This document shows, piece after piece, positions 9,845 through 19,510 of a DNA stretch of 35,970 bases (the stretch's first letter is position 1; every line of letters begins with the position of its first letter). The DNA is taken from NCBI GenBank assembly GCA_041620675.1, contig JBFKCG010000002.1, positions 1 to 35,970 on the forward strand, read 5' to 3'. The stretch is from Nevskiales bacterium. GTDB lineage: Bacteria > Pseudomonadota > Gammaproteobacteria > Nevskiales > DATLYR01. The notes under the pieces were generated by a model. The model did not search any database. It worked only from the letters and a program-made list of their open reading frames with translations, and was not told the origin of the DNA. Both the position numbers and the translations under genes were made by a program.

Positions 9845-10327
9845 TCAAGGAAGGTAGCTGACGGTATCCAGCAGACGCCGTTGCCAGTAGGGTGTATCAA
9901 TCATGTCGATTTGAACCCGCCCATTCCTGGTGATGTGCACCATGCGTGATCGGCCGATATAAATACCGACATGCAAGTCTTGAGGGGAATTGTTTCCCAT
10001 AGAAAAGAACACAAGGTCCCCGTTGCGGACCGCGGATGGGACGATGGATTGTCCTTGGGCACGCTGTGCTCCGGGGGTGGCAGGCAGCTGGATACCGCTC
10101 TTCTGGTACGCGTATTGGGCCAGGCCGGCTGAGTCGAAACCCAGGCTGTCGTTGCCTTGGTAGCGGTAGGGTCGGTCAAGTTGTGCCACGGCTTCATCTA
10201 CCACCACGTCACGCATGTTCGTGCGAGTCGAGGGCAGTTCAACCAGTGCGCAGCCTGCCAGTCCCCACAGGGCAAGCAAGGAAAGAGGTATTAATGATGC
10301 GAATTTCACAACTGGCATCTCTGGCAT
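9845..10327 (-). CDS. NlpC/P60 (C40 peptidase fold) lipoprotein with Ser in place of the nucleophile Cys
   Basis: 160 aa with a signal peptide ending in the lipobox LAGC. The NlpC/P60 core reads YRYQGNDSLGFDSAGLAQYAY...GDLVFF...HVGIYIG...MVHI. The usual DCSG nucleophile motif reads DSAG (Ser codon TCA at 10130-10132). Confidence 0.8.
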   Translation of the reverse strand: MPEMPVVKFASLIPLSLLALWGLAGCALVELPSTRTNMRDVVVDEAVAQLDRPYRYQGNDSLGFDSAGLAQYAYQKSGIQLPATPGAQRAQGQSIVPSAVRNGDLVFFSMGNNSPQDLHVGIYIGRSRMVHITRNGRVQIDMIDTPYWQRRLLDTVSYLP

Positions 10328-10398
10328 TCCCGCGACCGATAATACACTTCGATGCAGGCTGGCGGTTCTGTCAGCTTGTCCGTTAAACTTTTTCGCAC

Positions 10399-11451
10399 AT
10401 GGAAACCCAACTTCTTAGAAATTGCTGGTACCTGGCACACTCAGGCACCCATCTGGCACGCGGAAAGATGGCCTCCAAGACCCTGCTCGGAGAACCGGTG
10501 GTCATCGGTCGCAGGGATGACGGTGGCGTTTTCTGCTTGCGCAATATCTGCCCCCATCGCGGAATTCCCCTCAGTTACGGCTGGCTCAAGGACTGCAACC
10601 TGCAATGTTGCTACCACGGCTGGAAGTTTGATACCCGCAATGGCGCGTGCGTGGAAATTCCTTCACTGCCGCCGGATGACAACAGCCTGCCGCTGTCTGC
10701 CATCAAGGTACGCAGTTATCCCTGTCGTGAGGTTCAGGGCAATATCTGGGTATTCATGCCCGGTGAGGGCTATGCGGAAGGACAAGACCTGCCACCGGTG
10801 CCGATGATCCCGGACTTTGCCGAGGATGCACGACCCCAGGTGGCCGAGACCATGCATTTCCCTTGCAACGTGGATCATGCCGTGATGGGGCTCATGGATC
10901 CTGCGCACGCGTCATTCGTGCACACCTCGTGGTGGTGGCGCACACGCAACTTGAAACGGCGCGAGGTCAAGAAGGATTATGAGCCGATTCCTCACGGTTT
11001 CCGCATGGTGCGCTACGCGCTCAGGCAGAGTGCCAAGCCCTACAAGCTGCTCGGACAGGATGTCTCGACCGAAATCAGTTTCCAGTTGCCCGGTGTGCGT
11101 ATCGAACATATCCAGGGTGACAAGCACACGGTGGTGTCGCTGACCTGCTGCACGCCGCTGAATGACACCGAGACCGAAGTCCATCAGTTCCTGTATTGGA
11201 CGGTACCGGTTCTCACGCTATTCAAGCCGGTAGCCAGAAGGCTTTTACACAAATTCCTTGATCAGGACCGGCAGGTAGTGGTTCAGCAGGAAGAGGGCTT
11301 GAACTATAAGCCGCCCATCATGTTCATCAATGACACTGATACCCAGGCCAAGTGGTACTTCAGCCTGAAACGTGAATGGGACAAGAGCCAGCAGGAAAAA
11401 AGGCCCTTCAATAACCCGGTCAAGCCGAAGACCTTGCGCTGGATGAGCTGA
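10399..11451 (+). CDS. Rieske [2Fe-2S] non-haem iron oxygenase, phthalate/PaO-like family
   Basis: 350 aa. It has the Rieske motif CPHRG...(16 aa)...CCYHGWKF, the mononuclear-iron motif NVDHAVMGLMDPAHASFVH (DxxHxxxxH), and a C-terminal region resembling the PaO/VanA-type catalytic domain. Confidence 0.85.
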   Translation: METQLLRNCWYLAHSGTHLARGKMASKTLLGEPVVIGRRDDGGVFCLRNICPHRGIPLSYGWLKDCNLQCCYHGWKFDTRNGACVEIPSLPPDDNSLPLSAIKVRSYPCREVQGNIWVFMPGEGYAEGQDLPPVPMIPDFAEDARPQVAETMHFPCNVDHAVMGLMDPAHASFVHTSWWWRTRNLKRREVKKDYEPIPHGFRMVRYALRQSAKPYKLLGQDVSTEISFQLPGVRIEHIQGDKHTVVSLTCCTPLNDTETEVHQFLYWTVPVLTLFKPVARRLLHKFLDQDRQVVVQQEEGLNYKPPIMFINDTDTQAKWYFSLKREWDKSQQEKRPFNNPVKPKTLRWMS

Positions 11452-11519
11452 CTTTCACTTTAGCCTGCCCGCGCTGCGTTTGTTAATTTCAGGGCGATGT
11501 GGCCGTCAGGCAGGGCGGA

Positions 11520-12701
11520 CTAAACAGTCTGGCGAGTTTCCCTGATCACCCGCAGAACTGCTTTTGCGGCACGGTGGCTAGGCGCGTCCTCGCCGAGACC
11601 CAACATCCTCGCCGCCCGCAAGCCGCCCTCGATGATTTCCTGTCGTGCTCCAGCGTCCTCTAGCAGCTTGCCCAGCGCATCGGCCAAGATGCTTGGCTGG
11701 CATTCGGTTTGCATGAATTCGGGCTGTAGGCGGCGTTCTAGTAATAGGTTGATGATGCTCATGTGCTCGATCTTGAGCGCACGCAAAATCAGCCAGCCGC
11801 TGATGGCATTCAATTTCTGCGTAATGACGCCTGGCAGCCCTGAGATGGCGACATCAATGGATGTCGTGCCCGACTTGACCAATGCAACGGTTGAAGCAGC
11901 AAAGGCATCATGTTTTTCCACCGTCTCAGGAACGATGATGGGCTGTAGCGGCCAGCTCACGGTAGCTGCTCTGATGTCATCGGCAACGGATCCAACAGCG
12001 GGGATGACAACCTGTAACTGTGGGAAGCGCTGCTGAAGCAGTTTGATGGTCTCGCCATAGATGGGCATCAGGCGACGTATCTCGGAGCTGCGACTGCCGG
12101 GGAGGGCGCAAAGCAGCGGGACATCAGGCGGAATCCTATGCCTGCGCCGAAAGGCGTCGCCGTCACCGGCATCCGCATCCTCAACGGACGGGTGGCCTAC
12201 GAAGTCACAGGCGAGCCCATGCGTCTCGAAATAAGGCGGCTCGAATGGCAATACGACCAGCAAACGATCCAGGTATTCGGCAATCTCTCGTGCACGCTGT
12301 GGCTTCCAGGCCCAGACGGTAGGCGCCACGTAATGCACCAGGGGAATCCCATGCCCCTTCAGCTTCTTGGCAACGCGAAGGGTGAACCCTGGGGCGTCCA
12401 CGGTCAGCACGACGTCAGGATGAAGACTGTCCACTGCCGCTACTGTTTCGCGTATGCGGCGGAGGATCAAGGGGACATGGCGCAACACTTCAAAGATGCC
12501 CATGACAGCCAGTTCACGCATGGGGAACAGGCTTTGCAGGCCCTGCGCTTCCATTCGTTCACCGCCGATCCCTGCAAAACGGATGCGGCCGCCTGTCTCA
12601 AGCTTGAGTGCGTGCATCAGGCGCGCAGCCAAGGCGTCGCCAGAGGGTTCGCCAGCGATGATAAATACCAGCGGGTCGCTGGTTGCGTCGGAAGTATTCA
12701 T
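11520..12701 (-). CDS. lpxB: Lipid-A-disaccharide synthase LpxB
   Basis: 393 aa. The N-terminus FIIAGEPSGDALAARLMHAL, followed by FAGIGGERMEAQGL, VDAPGFTLRVAKKLK and YVAPTVWAWKPQR, matches the LpxB glycosyltransferase family. Confidence 0.9.
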   Translation of the reverse strand: MNTSDATSDPLVFIIAGEPSGDALAARLMHALKLETGGRIRFAGIGGERMEAQGLQSLFPMRELAVMGIFEVLRHVPLILRRIRETVAAVDSLHPDVVLTVDAPGFTLRVAKKLKGHGIPLVHYVAPTVWAWKPQRAREIAEYLDRLLVVLPFEPPYFETHGLACDFVGHPSVEDADAGDGDAFRRRHRIPPDVPLLCALPGSRSSEIRRLMPIYGETIKLLQQRFPQLQVVIPAVGSVADDIRAATVSWPLQPIIVPETVEKHDAFAASTVALVKSGTTSIDVAISGLPGVITQKLNAISGWLILRALKIEHMSIINLLLERRLQPEFMQTECQPSILADALGKLLEDAGARQEIIEGGLRAARMLGLGEDAPSHRAAKAVLRVIRETRQTV

Positions 12702-12747
12702 GTCGCGATTCTAGCGACAGGACAAGTTCGACGATACACGAGGCTGC

Positions 12748-13737
<990 letters not shown>

Positions 13738-13751
13738 CTACGTGCACAAGT

Positions 13752-13780
13752 GTGAGACCCGCCCTATGGACGGGCCTCAC
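13752..13780 (-). terminator. Hairpin between the peroxiredoxin gene and trxB (possible partial terminator or processing site)
   Basis: 10-bp arms GTGAGACCCG (13752-13761) / CGGGCCTCAC (13771-13780) with one mismatch and a 9-nt loop. No clear U-tract follows on the minus strand, so termination efficiency is doubtful. Confidence 0.3.
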
Positions 13781-13816
13781 GCCCAGGCGATAACGTCGTG
13801 ATTCGCTGTAGGCTAA

Positions 13817-14419
13817 TTACAGCGCGTTGGCATGGGCGGACAGGTACTCTGCCACGCCTTCCGCAGTTGGCTTCATGCCGGCTTTGCCCTTCTGCCAGCC
13901 AGCAGGGCAAACCTCACCGTGTTGTTCGTGGAACTGCAGTGCATCAACCATGCGCAGCATCTCGTCCACTTCACGACCCAGCGGCAGGTTATTGACAACC
14001 TGGTGCTGCACGATGCCTTCCTTGTCAATCAGGAAAGAGGCGCGCATGGCAACACCGGCGTCAGGATGGTCAATGCCATAGTTGCTCATGATTGAACGGC
14101 TGACATCTGCCACCATGGGAAAACCAACCTCGCCAATGCCACCATCCTTGATCGGGGTCTTGCGCCAGGCATGGTGGGTGAACTGTGAATCCACCGAAAC
14201 ACCGATAAGTTCAACGCCACGCTCCTTGAATGCGGCCAGGCGACGGTCGTGCGCAATGATTTCAGACGGGCATACGAAGGTGAAATCCAGCGGCCAGAAG
14301 AATATGACCACGTGCTTGCCGAGGTAGTCGGAGAGCTTGAAGTCATCCTTGATGCTGCCGTTGGGCATGACAGCGGCTGCGGTGAAATCAGGGGCCTTGC
14401 GGCCAACCAGTACGCTCAT
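13817..14419 (-). CDS. ahpC: Typical 2-Cys peroxiredoxin (AhpC/Tsa family)
   Basis: 200 aa with the peroxidatic Cys motif FFWPLDFTFVCPSEI and the resolving Cys motif HGEVCPAGW. It lies directly upstream of trxB on the same strand. Confidence 0.92.
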   Translation of the reverse strand: MSVLVGRKAPDFTAAAVMPNGSIKDDFKLSDYLGKHVVIFFWPLDFTFVCPSEIIAHDRRLAAFKERGVELIGVSVDSQFTHHAWRKTPIKDGGIGEVGFPMVADVSRSIMSNYGIDHPDAGVAMRASFLIDKEGIVQHQVVNNLPLGREVDEMLRMVDALQFHEQHGEVCPAGWQKGKAGMKPTAEGVAEYLSAHANAL

Positions 14420-14666
14420 AGTGAAACTCCTAGAGTTGTGGGTTTTGCAGATAGCTGTGTCGAATGAGGCGATAGCCTTTCTTAATGCTCGACGTGGGGC
14501 GATTTTAGTGCAGGGCTAAAAAATAGCACAAGACAATTATTCTTATCGTTACGATTGTCTCAGATTATCATTGGTATTTGCTGGCCAATCACACCAGGAG
14601 GCCAACGGGCTTGGGCCCCGGTCAGCGATGGCTTAGCATGGGCAATTGGTTCAAAGAGGTAATCCG

Positions 14667-16523
14667 ATGTCGCAGCAGAGTTCCAGGGTAGTGCGCTTTT
14701 TCAGCGGTATTTGGCGCGTGGTGGAGATTGTCCGCAGGGTGCTGGTGACCCTCGTGGTGCTGGTCATCGTGCTCATGCTTTGGGTGGCCATATCGGGCCC
14801 CCCGGATTGGACAGTCGAAGACGGTACCGCGCTGGTCTGGGTGCCGATAGGGAACCTGGTCGAGGCCATGGACGAGCCTCCGGAATCGGCACTGTTGCAG
14901 CAGATTGCCAACCAGCGCCCGCGACAAACCCGGGTCATGGACTTGGTCAAGGCACTGGATTATGCCGCCAAGGACTCCCGCATCAAGCTGGTCTTCCTCA
15001 AGCTGGACGAGCTTGAGGACGCTGGGATGGCGCAACTGCAGGAACTGGGTATGGCGCTTCAGGAGTTCCGCAAGACGAGTGGAAAAAAGCTGGTGGCGTA
15101 TGCCCCTTACTACACCCAGCCCGCCTATTATCTGGCAGCCCAGGCGGACGAAATCTACATGGATCCCATGGGGTTCGTGCTCATGGCAGGCTTCAGTCAC
15201 TACAGTCTGTTTTTCAAGGAAGCGATCGACAAGCTGGGCGTCGACATGCACATTTTCCGCGTCGGTGAGTACAAGTCGGCCGTCGAGCCGTTCGAACGTG
15301 CGGACATGTCGCCTGAGGCAAAGGTGGCTAATGCTGCCTGGTTGCAGGTGCTTTGGGAGCAATACAAAGCAGGGATTGCCGCACCTCGCAAGCTCAAACC
15401 CGAGGACCTCGAGACCTACGCGGCCAACTTGCCAGCAGTCGTGGAAACCCATGGGGGTGATATGGCAGTGGCAGCCAAGGCCAACAAGCTGGTGAGCGAG
15501 CTACTCACCCTGCAGCAGGTACGCGAAAAAATGGGTGCAATCGTCGGCATGGACGAAGATATCGATAGCTTCCGCCAAATTGACCACTTCACCTACTTGT
15601 CCGTGGTGGATCGGCGCAAGTCCCCGCCCGACAGCCCGACGGTTGGTCTGGTGGTGGCACAAGGTGAATTGATTGACGGCGAAAGTGTGATGGGTGCCAC
15701 CGGTGCAGACACCATGGCGGGTCTTATCGCTAACGCTGTTCAGGATGACAAGATGGCAGCGCTGGTGATCAGAATAGATAGCCCGGGTGGAAGTATCACG
15801 GCATCCGAGACTATTCGACGACAAGTGCAGCGATTCCGTGATACGGGCCGCCCCGTGGTCGTCTCAATGTCCAGCCTGGCGGCTTCTGGTGGCTACTGGA
15901 TTGCCGCGCCAGCCGACCAGATCTGGGCACAGGACACCACGCTCACGGGCTCGATCGGCGTATTTGGTGTCATTCCAACCTATGACAAGCCGCTGGCCAA
16001 GTTGGGGGTTCGGGTCGACGGCGTGGGCACGACACCCATGGCAGGTGCCTTGAGGGCTGACATGCCCATGAAGCCCGAGGTCAAGCGCGCCATACAGTTG
16101 ATTGTCGAGAAGGACTATCGACAATTCTTGCAACAGGTTGCGACGGGGCGTCGTATGACGGTGGATGCCGTGGAAAAACTCGCCCGTGGGCGTGTATGGA
16201 GTGGATTGGACGCCAGGAAGTTGGGCTTGGTTGATCATGCCGGTGGCTTGCAGGCGGCAGTCGCCGCTGCGGTAAAACTGGCCGGCCTGGATGCAGGCAA
16301 TTACCAACTGCAAGAACTGGAACGGGAAACAAACCTGCTCTCGGCGCTGTATAGGCGCTTTCGCTTTGGGTTAGGCAGGCTCATGTTGGCAGACATGGGT
16401 CTGCCGGACTGGCTGCTAAGTCTCGTGCAACAGCGCGATGTGCAATCCACATTGCGCTGGCTCAATGACCCGAACGGCATGTACTCACATTGCTTTTGCC
16501 GACCGATGCTCAGCACGCACTAA
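14667..16523 (+). CDS. sppA: Signal peptide peptidase SppA, 67K type
   Basis: About 618 aa from the ATG at 14667 (AGAGG Shine-Dalgarno 7 nt upstream; the ORF track starts at a TTG at 14646). It has an N-terminal TM anchor and two tandem ClpP/crotonase-like S49 domains (IDSPGGS..., SLAASGGYWIA). Confidence 0.9.
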   Translation: MSQQSSRVVRFFSGIWRVVEIVRRVLVTLVVLVIVLMLWVAISGPPDWTVEDGTALVWVPIGNLVEAMDEPPESALLQQIANQRPRQTRVMDLVKALDYAAKDSRIKLVFLKLDELEDAGMAQLQELGMALQEFRKTSGKKLVAYAPYYTQPAYYLAAQADEIYMDPMGFVLMAGFSHYSLFFKEAIDKLGVDMHIFRVGEYKSAVEPFERADMSPEAKVANAAWLQVLWEQYKAGIAAPRKLKPEDLETYAANLPAVVETHGGDMAVAAKANKLVSELLTLQQVREKMGAIVGMDEDIDSFRQIDHFTYLSVVDRRKSPPDSPTVGLVVAQGELIDGESVMGATGADTMAGLIANAVQDDKMAALVIRIDSPGGSITASETIRRQVQRFRDTGRPVVVSMSSLAASGGYWIAAPADQIWAQDTTLTGSIGVFGVIPTYDKPLAKLGVRVDGVGTTPMAGALRADMPMKPEVKRAIQLIVEKDYRQFLQQVATGRRMTVDAVEKLARGRVWSGLDARKLGLVDHAGGLQAAVAAAVKLAGLDAGNYQLQELERETNLLSALYRRFRFGLGRLMLADMGLPDWLLSLVQQRDVQSTLRWLNDPNGMYSHCFCRPMLSTH

Positions 16524-17710
16524 TGGCGAGACGCAAGGATACCCAACTGACGCACGGCGGGCGTAACCCCCGGCAACATCAGGGCATCGTCAACCCGCCC
16601 GTCTACCATGCGTCGACGGTGTTGTTCCCGACCCTTGATGCGCTTGAGTACTCGCACCTGAAGCCCTATGAGGGCGTGAGCTATGGGCGTTACGGCACGC
16701 CCACGCATTTTGCCTTTGAGCAGGCACTGTGTGAACTGGATGGTGCGCACGGTGCCGTCACCACCAGCTCCGGACTGGCGGCAATACACATCGCGCTGAC
16801 GGCTTTTCTGGGGCAGGGCGACCACCTGCTCATGGTCGACTCGGTGTATGGGCCAACACGCAGGCTCTGTGATGGCCTGCTGAAACAACAGGGCATTGAG
16901 ACAACCTATTACGATCCGACTATAGGCGCAGGGATCAAACAGTTGCTGCGACCCAATACCCGTGTTGTTTACGTGGAATCGCCGGGTTCGCTTACGTTCG
17001 AGATACAGGACATCCCGGCAATTTCATCGGCAGTCGAATCCAGTCGGGCCGTCGTGATCATGGACAATACCTGGGCAACGCCCTTGTTGTTTCCCGCGTT
17101 TGAGCGTGGCGTTGATGTTTGCATCCATGCCGCAACCAAATATATCGTCGGCCACGCCGATGCCATGCTGGGCATCATTACGTGTAACGCCGAATGCTAC
17201 GAGCCGGTCAAGCGTACTGCCGTAGCAATCGGCAATTGTGCGGGTCCCGATGATGTCTATCTGGGGCTGCGAGGTTTGCGCACCCTGGCAGTGCGATTAA
17301 GCCAGCATCAGCAGAATGCCTTGATGCTATGCGACTGGTTGCGAAAGCAACCTGAGGTGGAGGAATTGTTGTTTCCGGCCCTGCCGGACCACCCAGGGCA
17401 CGCTGTCTGGCGGCGCGACTTCAGTGGCGCAAGTGGCTTGCTGGCAGTTGTGCTGAAACCCTGTTCCCGCTCGGAACTTGCGGCGATGGTGGATGGTTTC
17501 AGCCTGTTCGGGATGGGATATAGCTGGGGAGGCTATGAGAGCCTGGTGATACCCGTCGGTGCAGATACGTTACGGCATGCCCGCACGGCAAAGCCGTGGC
17601 CCCATGCAGGCCCGTTGTTGCGACTGCACGCGGGACTGGAAGATCCACAAGACTTGATTGAGGACTTGCAGGCAGGCTTTGAGCGCCTGCGCCAGGCACG
17701 GCCGCTATAG
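16523..17710 (+). CDS. metC: Cystathionine beta-lyase (Cys/Met-metabolism PLP enzyme)
   Basis: About 395 aa from the ATG at 16523 (overlaps the sppA stop, TAATG). The N-terminus has TQLTHGGR, the PLP-lysine context is HAATKYIVGHAD, and the C-terminal YSWGGYESL is typical of MetC. Confidence 0.85.
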   Translation: MARRKDTQLTHGGRNPRQHQGIVNPPVYHASTVLFPTLDALEYSHLKPYEGVSYGRYGTPTHFAFEQALCELDGAHGAVTTSSGLAAIHIALTAFLGQGDHLLMVDSVYGPTRRLCDGLLKQQGIETTYYDPTIGAGIKQLLRPNTRVVYVESPGSLTFEIQDIPAISSAVESSRAVVIMDNTWATPLLFPAFERGVDVCIHAATKYIVGHADAMLGIITCNAECYEPVKRTAVAIGNCAGPDDVYLGLRGLRTLAVRLSQHQQNALMLCDWLRKQPEVEELLFPALPDHPGHAVWRRDFSGASGLLAVVLKPCSRSELAAMVDGFSLFGMGYSWGGYESLVIPVGADTLRHARTAKPWPHAGPLLRLHAGLEDPQDLIEDLQAGFERLRQARPL

Positions 17711-18562
17711 ATCAAAGCGCATGGAAAGATCGATGGCGGTAATGTTCTTGGTTAAGCCACCGATTGAAATGCGATCGACACCGGCATCAGCCACCAGGCG
17801 GACGTTGCTGAGGTCGATATTCCCGGATGCCTCAAACAAGGGATAACTGCCATCAGGCAGGCGAAAACGCTGTTTCAGCCTAACCGCCGTGTTGATCTGG
17901 TGTATCGGAAAGTTATCCAGCAGGATCATGTCGGCGCCGGCCTGCAGCGCCTCTTCTGCCTGCGCGAGGTTCTCGACCTCGACCTGGACCGGCACCCCAG
18001 AGCGGAGCTTGAATGCAGCCTGGACTGCCGCGTCAATTGAGCCTGCGGCAATGATGTGGTTTTCCTTGATCAGGATGCCGTCATATAGCCCATGTCGATG
18101 ATTGGCCCCACCGCCACAAACCACCGCATATTTTTGTGCCGAACGCAGCCCCGGTAATGTCTTGCGGGTGTCGAGGATTTTTGCGCCAGTGCCGCGAACC
18201 TTGTCTGCGAAACGACGCACCAGGGTGGCAGTGCCTGACAGGGTTTGTAAGAAGTTGAGTGCGGTTCGTTCTGCGGTAAGCAGTGCGCGTGCGGGGCCTT
18301 CGATATGGCAGAGTACCTGGTTTGCAGCGACCATCTGACTGTCATTTGCCATCCAGCGCACTTTCACCGATTCATTGCACTGCCGAAACACCTCGTCGAA
18401 CCACGCCTGGCCACACAAGACCGCCGCCTCGCGAGAAATGACTTGTGCGTTCCCGCCCCGCTCGGAAGGAATCAACTGGGCTGTCAGGTCACCTGTGCCG
18501 ACATCCTCGGCAAGCGCGCTGCTGACAACTTCGGCGATATTGTCGGGTAGTACTAAGTTCAT
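17705..18562 (-). CDS. nadC: Nicotinate-nucleotide diphosphorylase (carboxylating), quinolinate phosphoribosyltransferase
   Basis: 285 aa with LTAERTALNFLQ.LSG.AT, ILDTRKT.PG.R, KYAV..GGG.NHR and LIKENH motifs of NadC. Confidence 0.93.
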   Translation of the reverse strand: MNLVLPDNIAEVVSSALAEDVGTGDLTAQLIPSERGGNAQVISREAAVLCGQAWFDEVFRQCNESVKVRWMANDSQMVAANQVLCHIEGPARALLTAERTALNFLQTLSGTATLVRRFADKVRGTGAKILDTRKTLPGLRSAQKYAVVCGGGANHRHGLYDGILIKENHIIAAGSIDAAVQAAFKLRSGVPVQVEVENLAQAEEALQAGADMILLDNFPIHQINTAVRLKQRFRLPDGSYPLFEASGNIDLSNVRLVADAGVDRISIGGLTKNITAIDLSMRFDL

Positions 18563-18597
18563 TGCGGTGGGCAGCCTCTAGTACGGGTACTGCAGGC

Positions 18598-19500
18598 TCA
18601 GCTGAGCAGGAACTCCAGAAGGGCTTTCTGGGCATGGAGACGATTCTCGGCCTCATCCCAGACTACGCTCTGTGGGCCATCAATGACCTCCGCTGACACT
18701 TCTTCCCCTCGGTGCGCCGGCAGGCAGTGCATGAAAAGGGCATCGGGTTTGGCAAGCGCCATGAGATGCGCATCGACTTGGTAGCCACGGAAGGCTTCGG
18801 CACGTTTCTTCTGTTCGGTTTCCTGACCCATGCTGGCCCAGACATCAGTCACGATCAGGTCAGAATCCCGGGCAGCATCCTTGGGCGAATCAACCAGGAT
18901 CGCACTGGATCCCGCGTCCTTCAGTATGGACGACTCGGGCAAATAGCCCTTGGGTGCGGCAATCTTGAGCGTGAAGCCAAACTGGCGCGCGCCTTCTATC
19001 CAGGAATGGCAGACGTTATTACCATCTCCGATCCAGGTCGCCGTGCGTCCCTTGATCTCGCCGCGATGTTCGACCCAGGTGAGCACGTCGGCGAGCACCT
19101 GACAGGGGTGATGCAAGTCAGACAGCCCATTGATGACGGGGGCACGCGAGTATCGGGCAAATTCCTGCTGCAATTCCTGGGAATGGTTGCGAATCATGAT
19201 GCCGTCGACCATGCGCCCGAGCACGCGTGCGGTGTCCATGACGGGTTCACCGCGACCGAGCTGGGTATCCCGGGGGCTCAGAAACAGTGCATGACCCCCA
19301 AACTGAGCCATCGCCACCTCAAAGGATACGCGGGTCCGGGTTGAGCTTTTTTCAAACACCATCGCCAGCGTGCGGTTCTTCAGTGGCTCGTAAATTGTGT
19401 GGCTGCGCTGCAGGGCTTTGAGCTCAATCGCGCGCTCGACAAGCTGCCGCAATTCCTGTGGCGTACAGTCGAGCAGGCTGAGGAAATCGCGTTTGCCCAT
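18598..19500 (-). CDS. argF: Ornithine carbamoyltransferase
   Basis: It has the [10 protein letters not shown] carbamoyl-phosphate motif, [17 protein letters not shown] and the [12 protein letters not shown] ornithine-binding motif. I prefer the ATG at 19500 ([11 protein letters not shown]...). The 5' extension in the ORF track to 19590 would overlap argD. Confidence 0.92.
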   Translation of the reverse strand: MGKRDFLSLLDCTPQELRQLVERAIELKALQRSHTIYEPLKNRTLAMVFEKSSTRTRVSFEVAMAQFGGHALFLSPRDTQLGRGEPVMDTARVLGRMVDGIMIRNHSQELQQEFARYSRAPVINGLSDLHHPCQVLADVLTWVEHRGEIKGRTATWIGDGNNVCHSWIEGARQFGFTLKIAAPKGYLPESSILKDAGSSAILVDSPKDAARDSDLIVTDVWASMGQETEQKKRAEAFRGYQVDAHLMALAKPDALFMHCLPAHRGEEVSAEVIDGPQSVVWDEAENRLHAQKALLEFLLS

Positions 19501-19510
19501 ATGCAGACCT

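Noticed and set aside
14451-14527. ATAG elements spaced about 21 bp apart, considered as an OxyR tetranucleotide array
   Set aside because: The intervening CTAT half-sites expected from the OxyR consensus are absent or match at only 1-3 of 4 positions. I kept this only as a weak note within the intergenic-region finding.
14622-15452. 276-aa ORF on the minus strand
   Set aside because: It lies entirely antisense to the well-supported sppA coding region. The translation is His/Leu/Arg/Gly-rich with no recognisable motif, as expected for a shadow ORF in GC-rich DNA.
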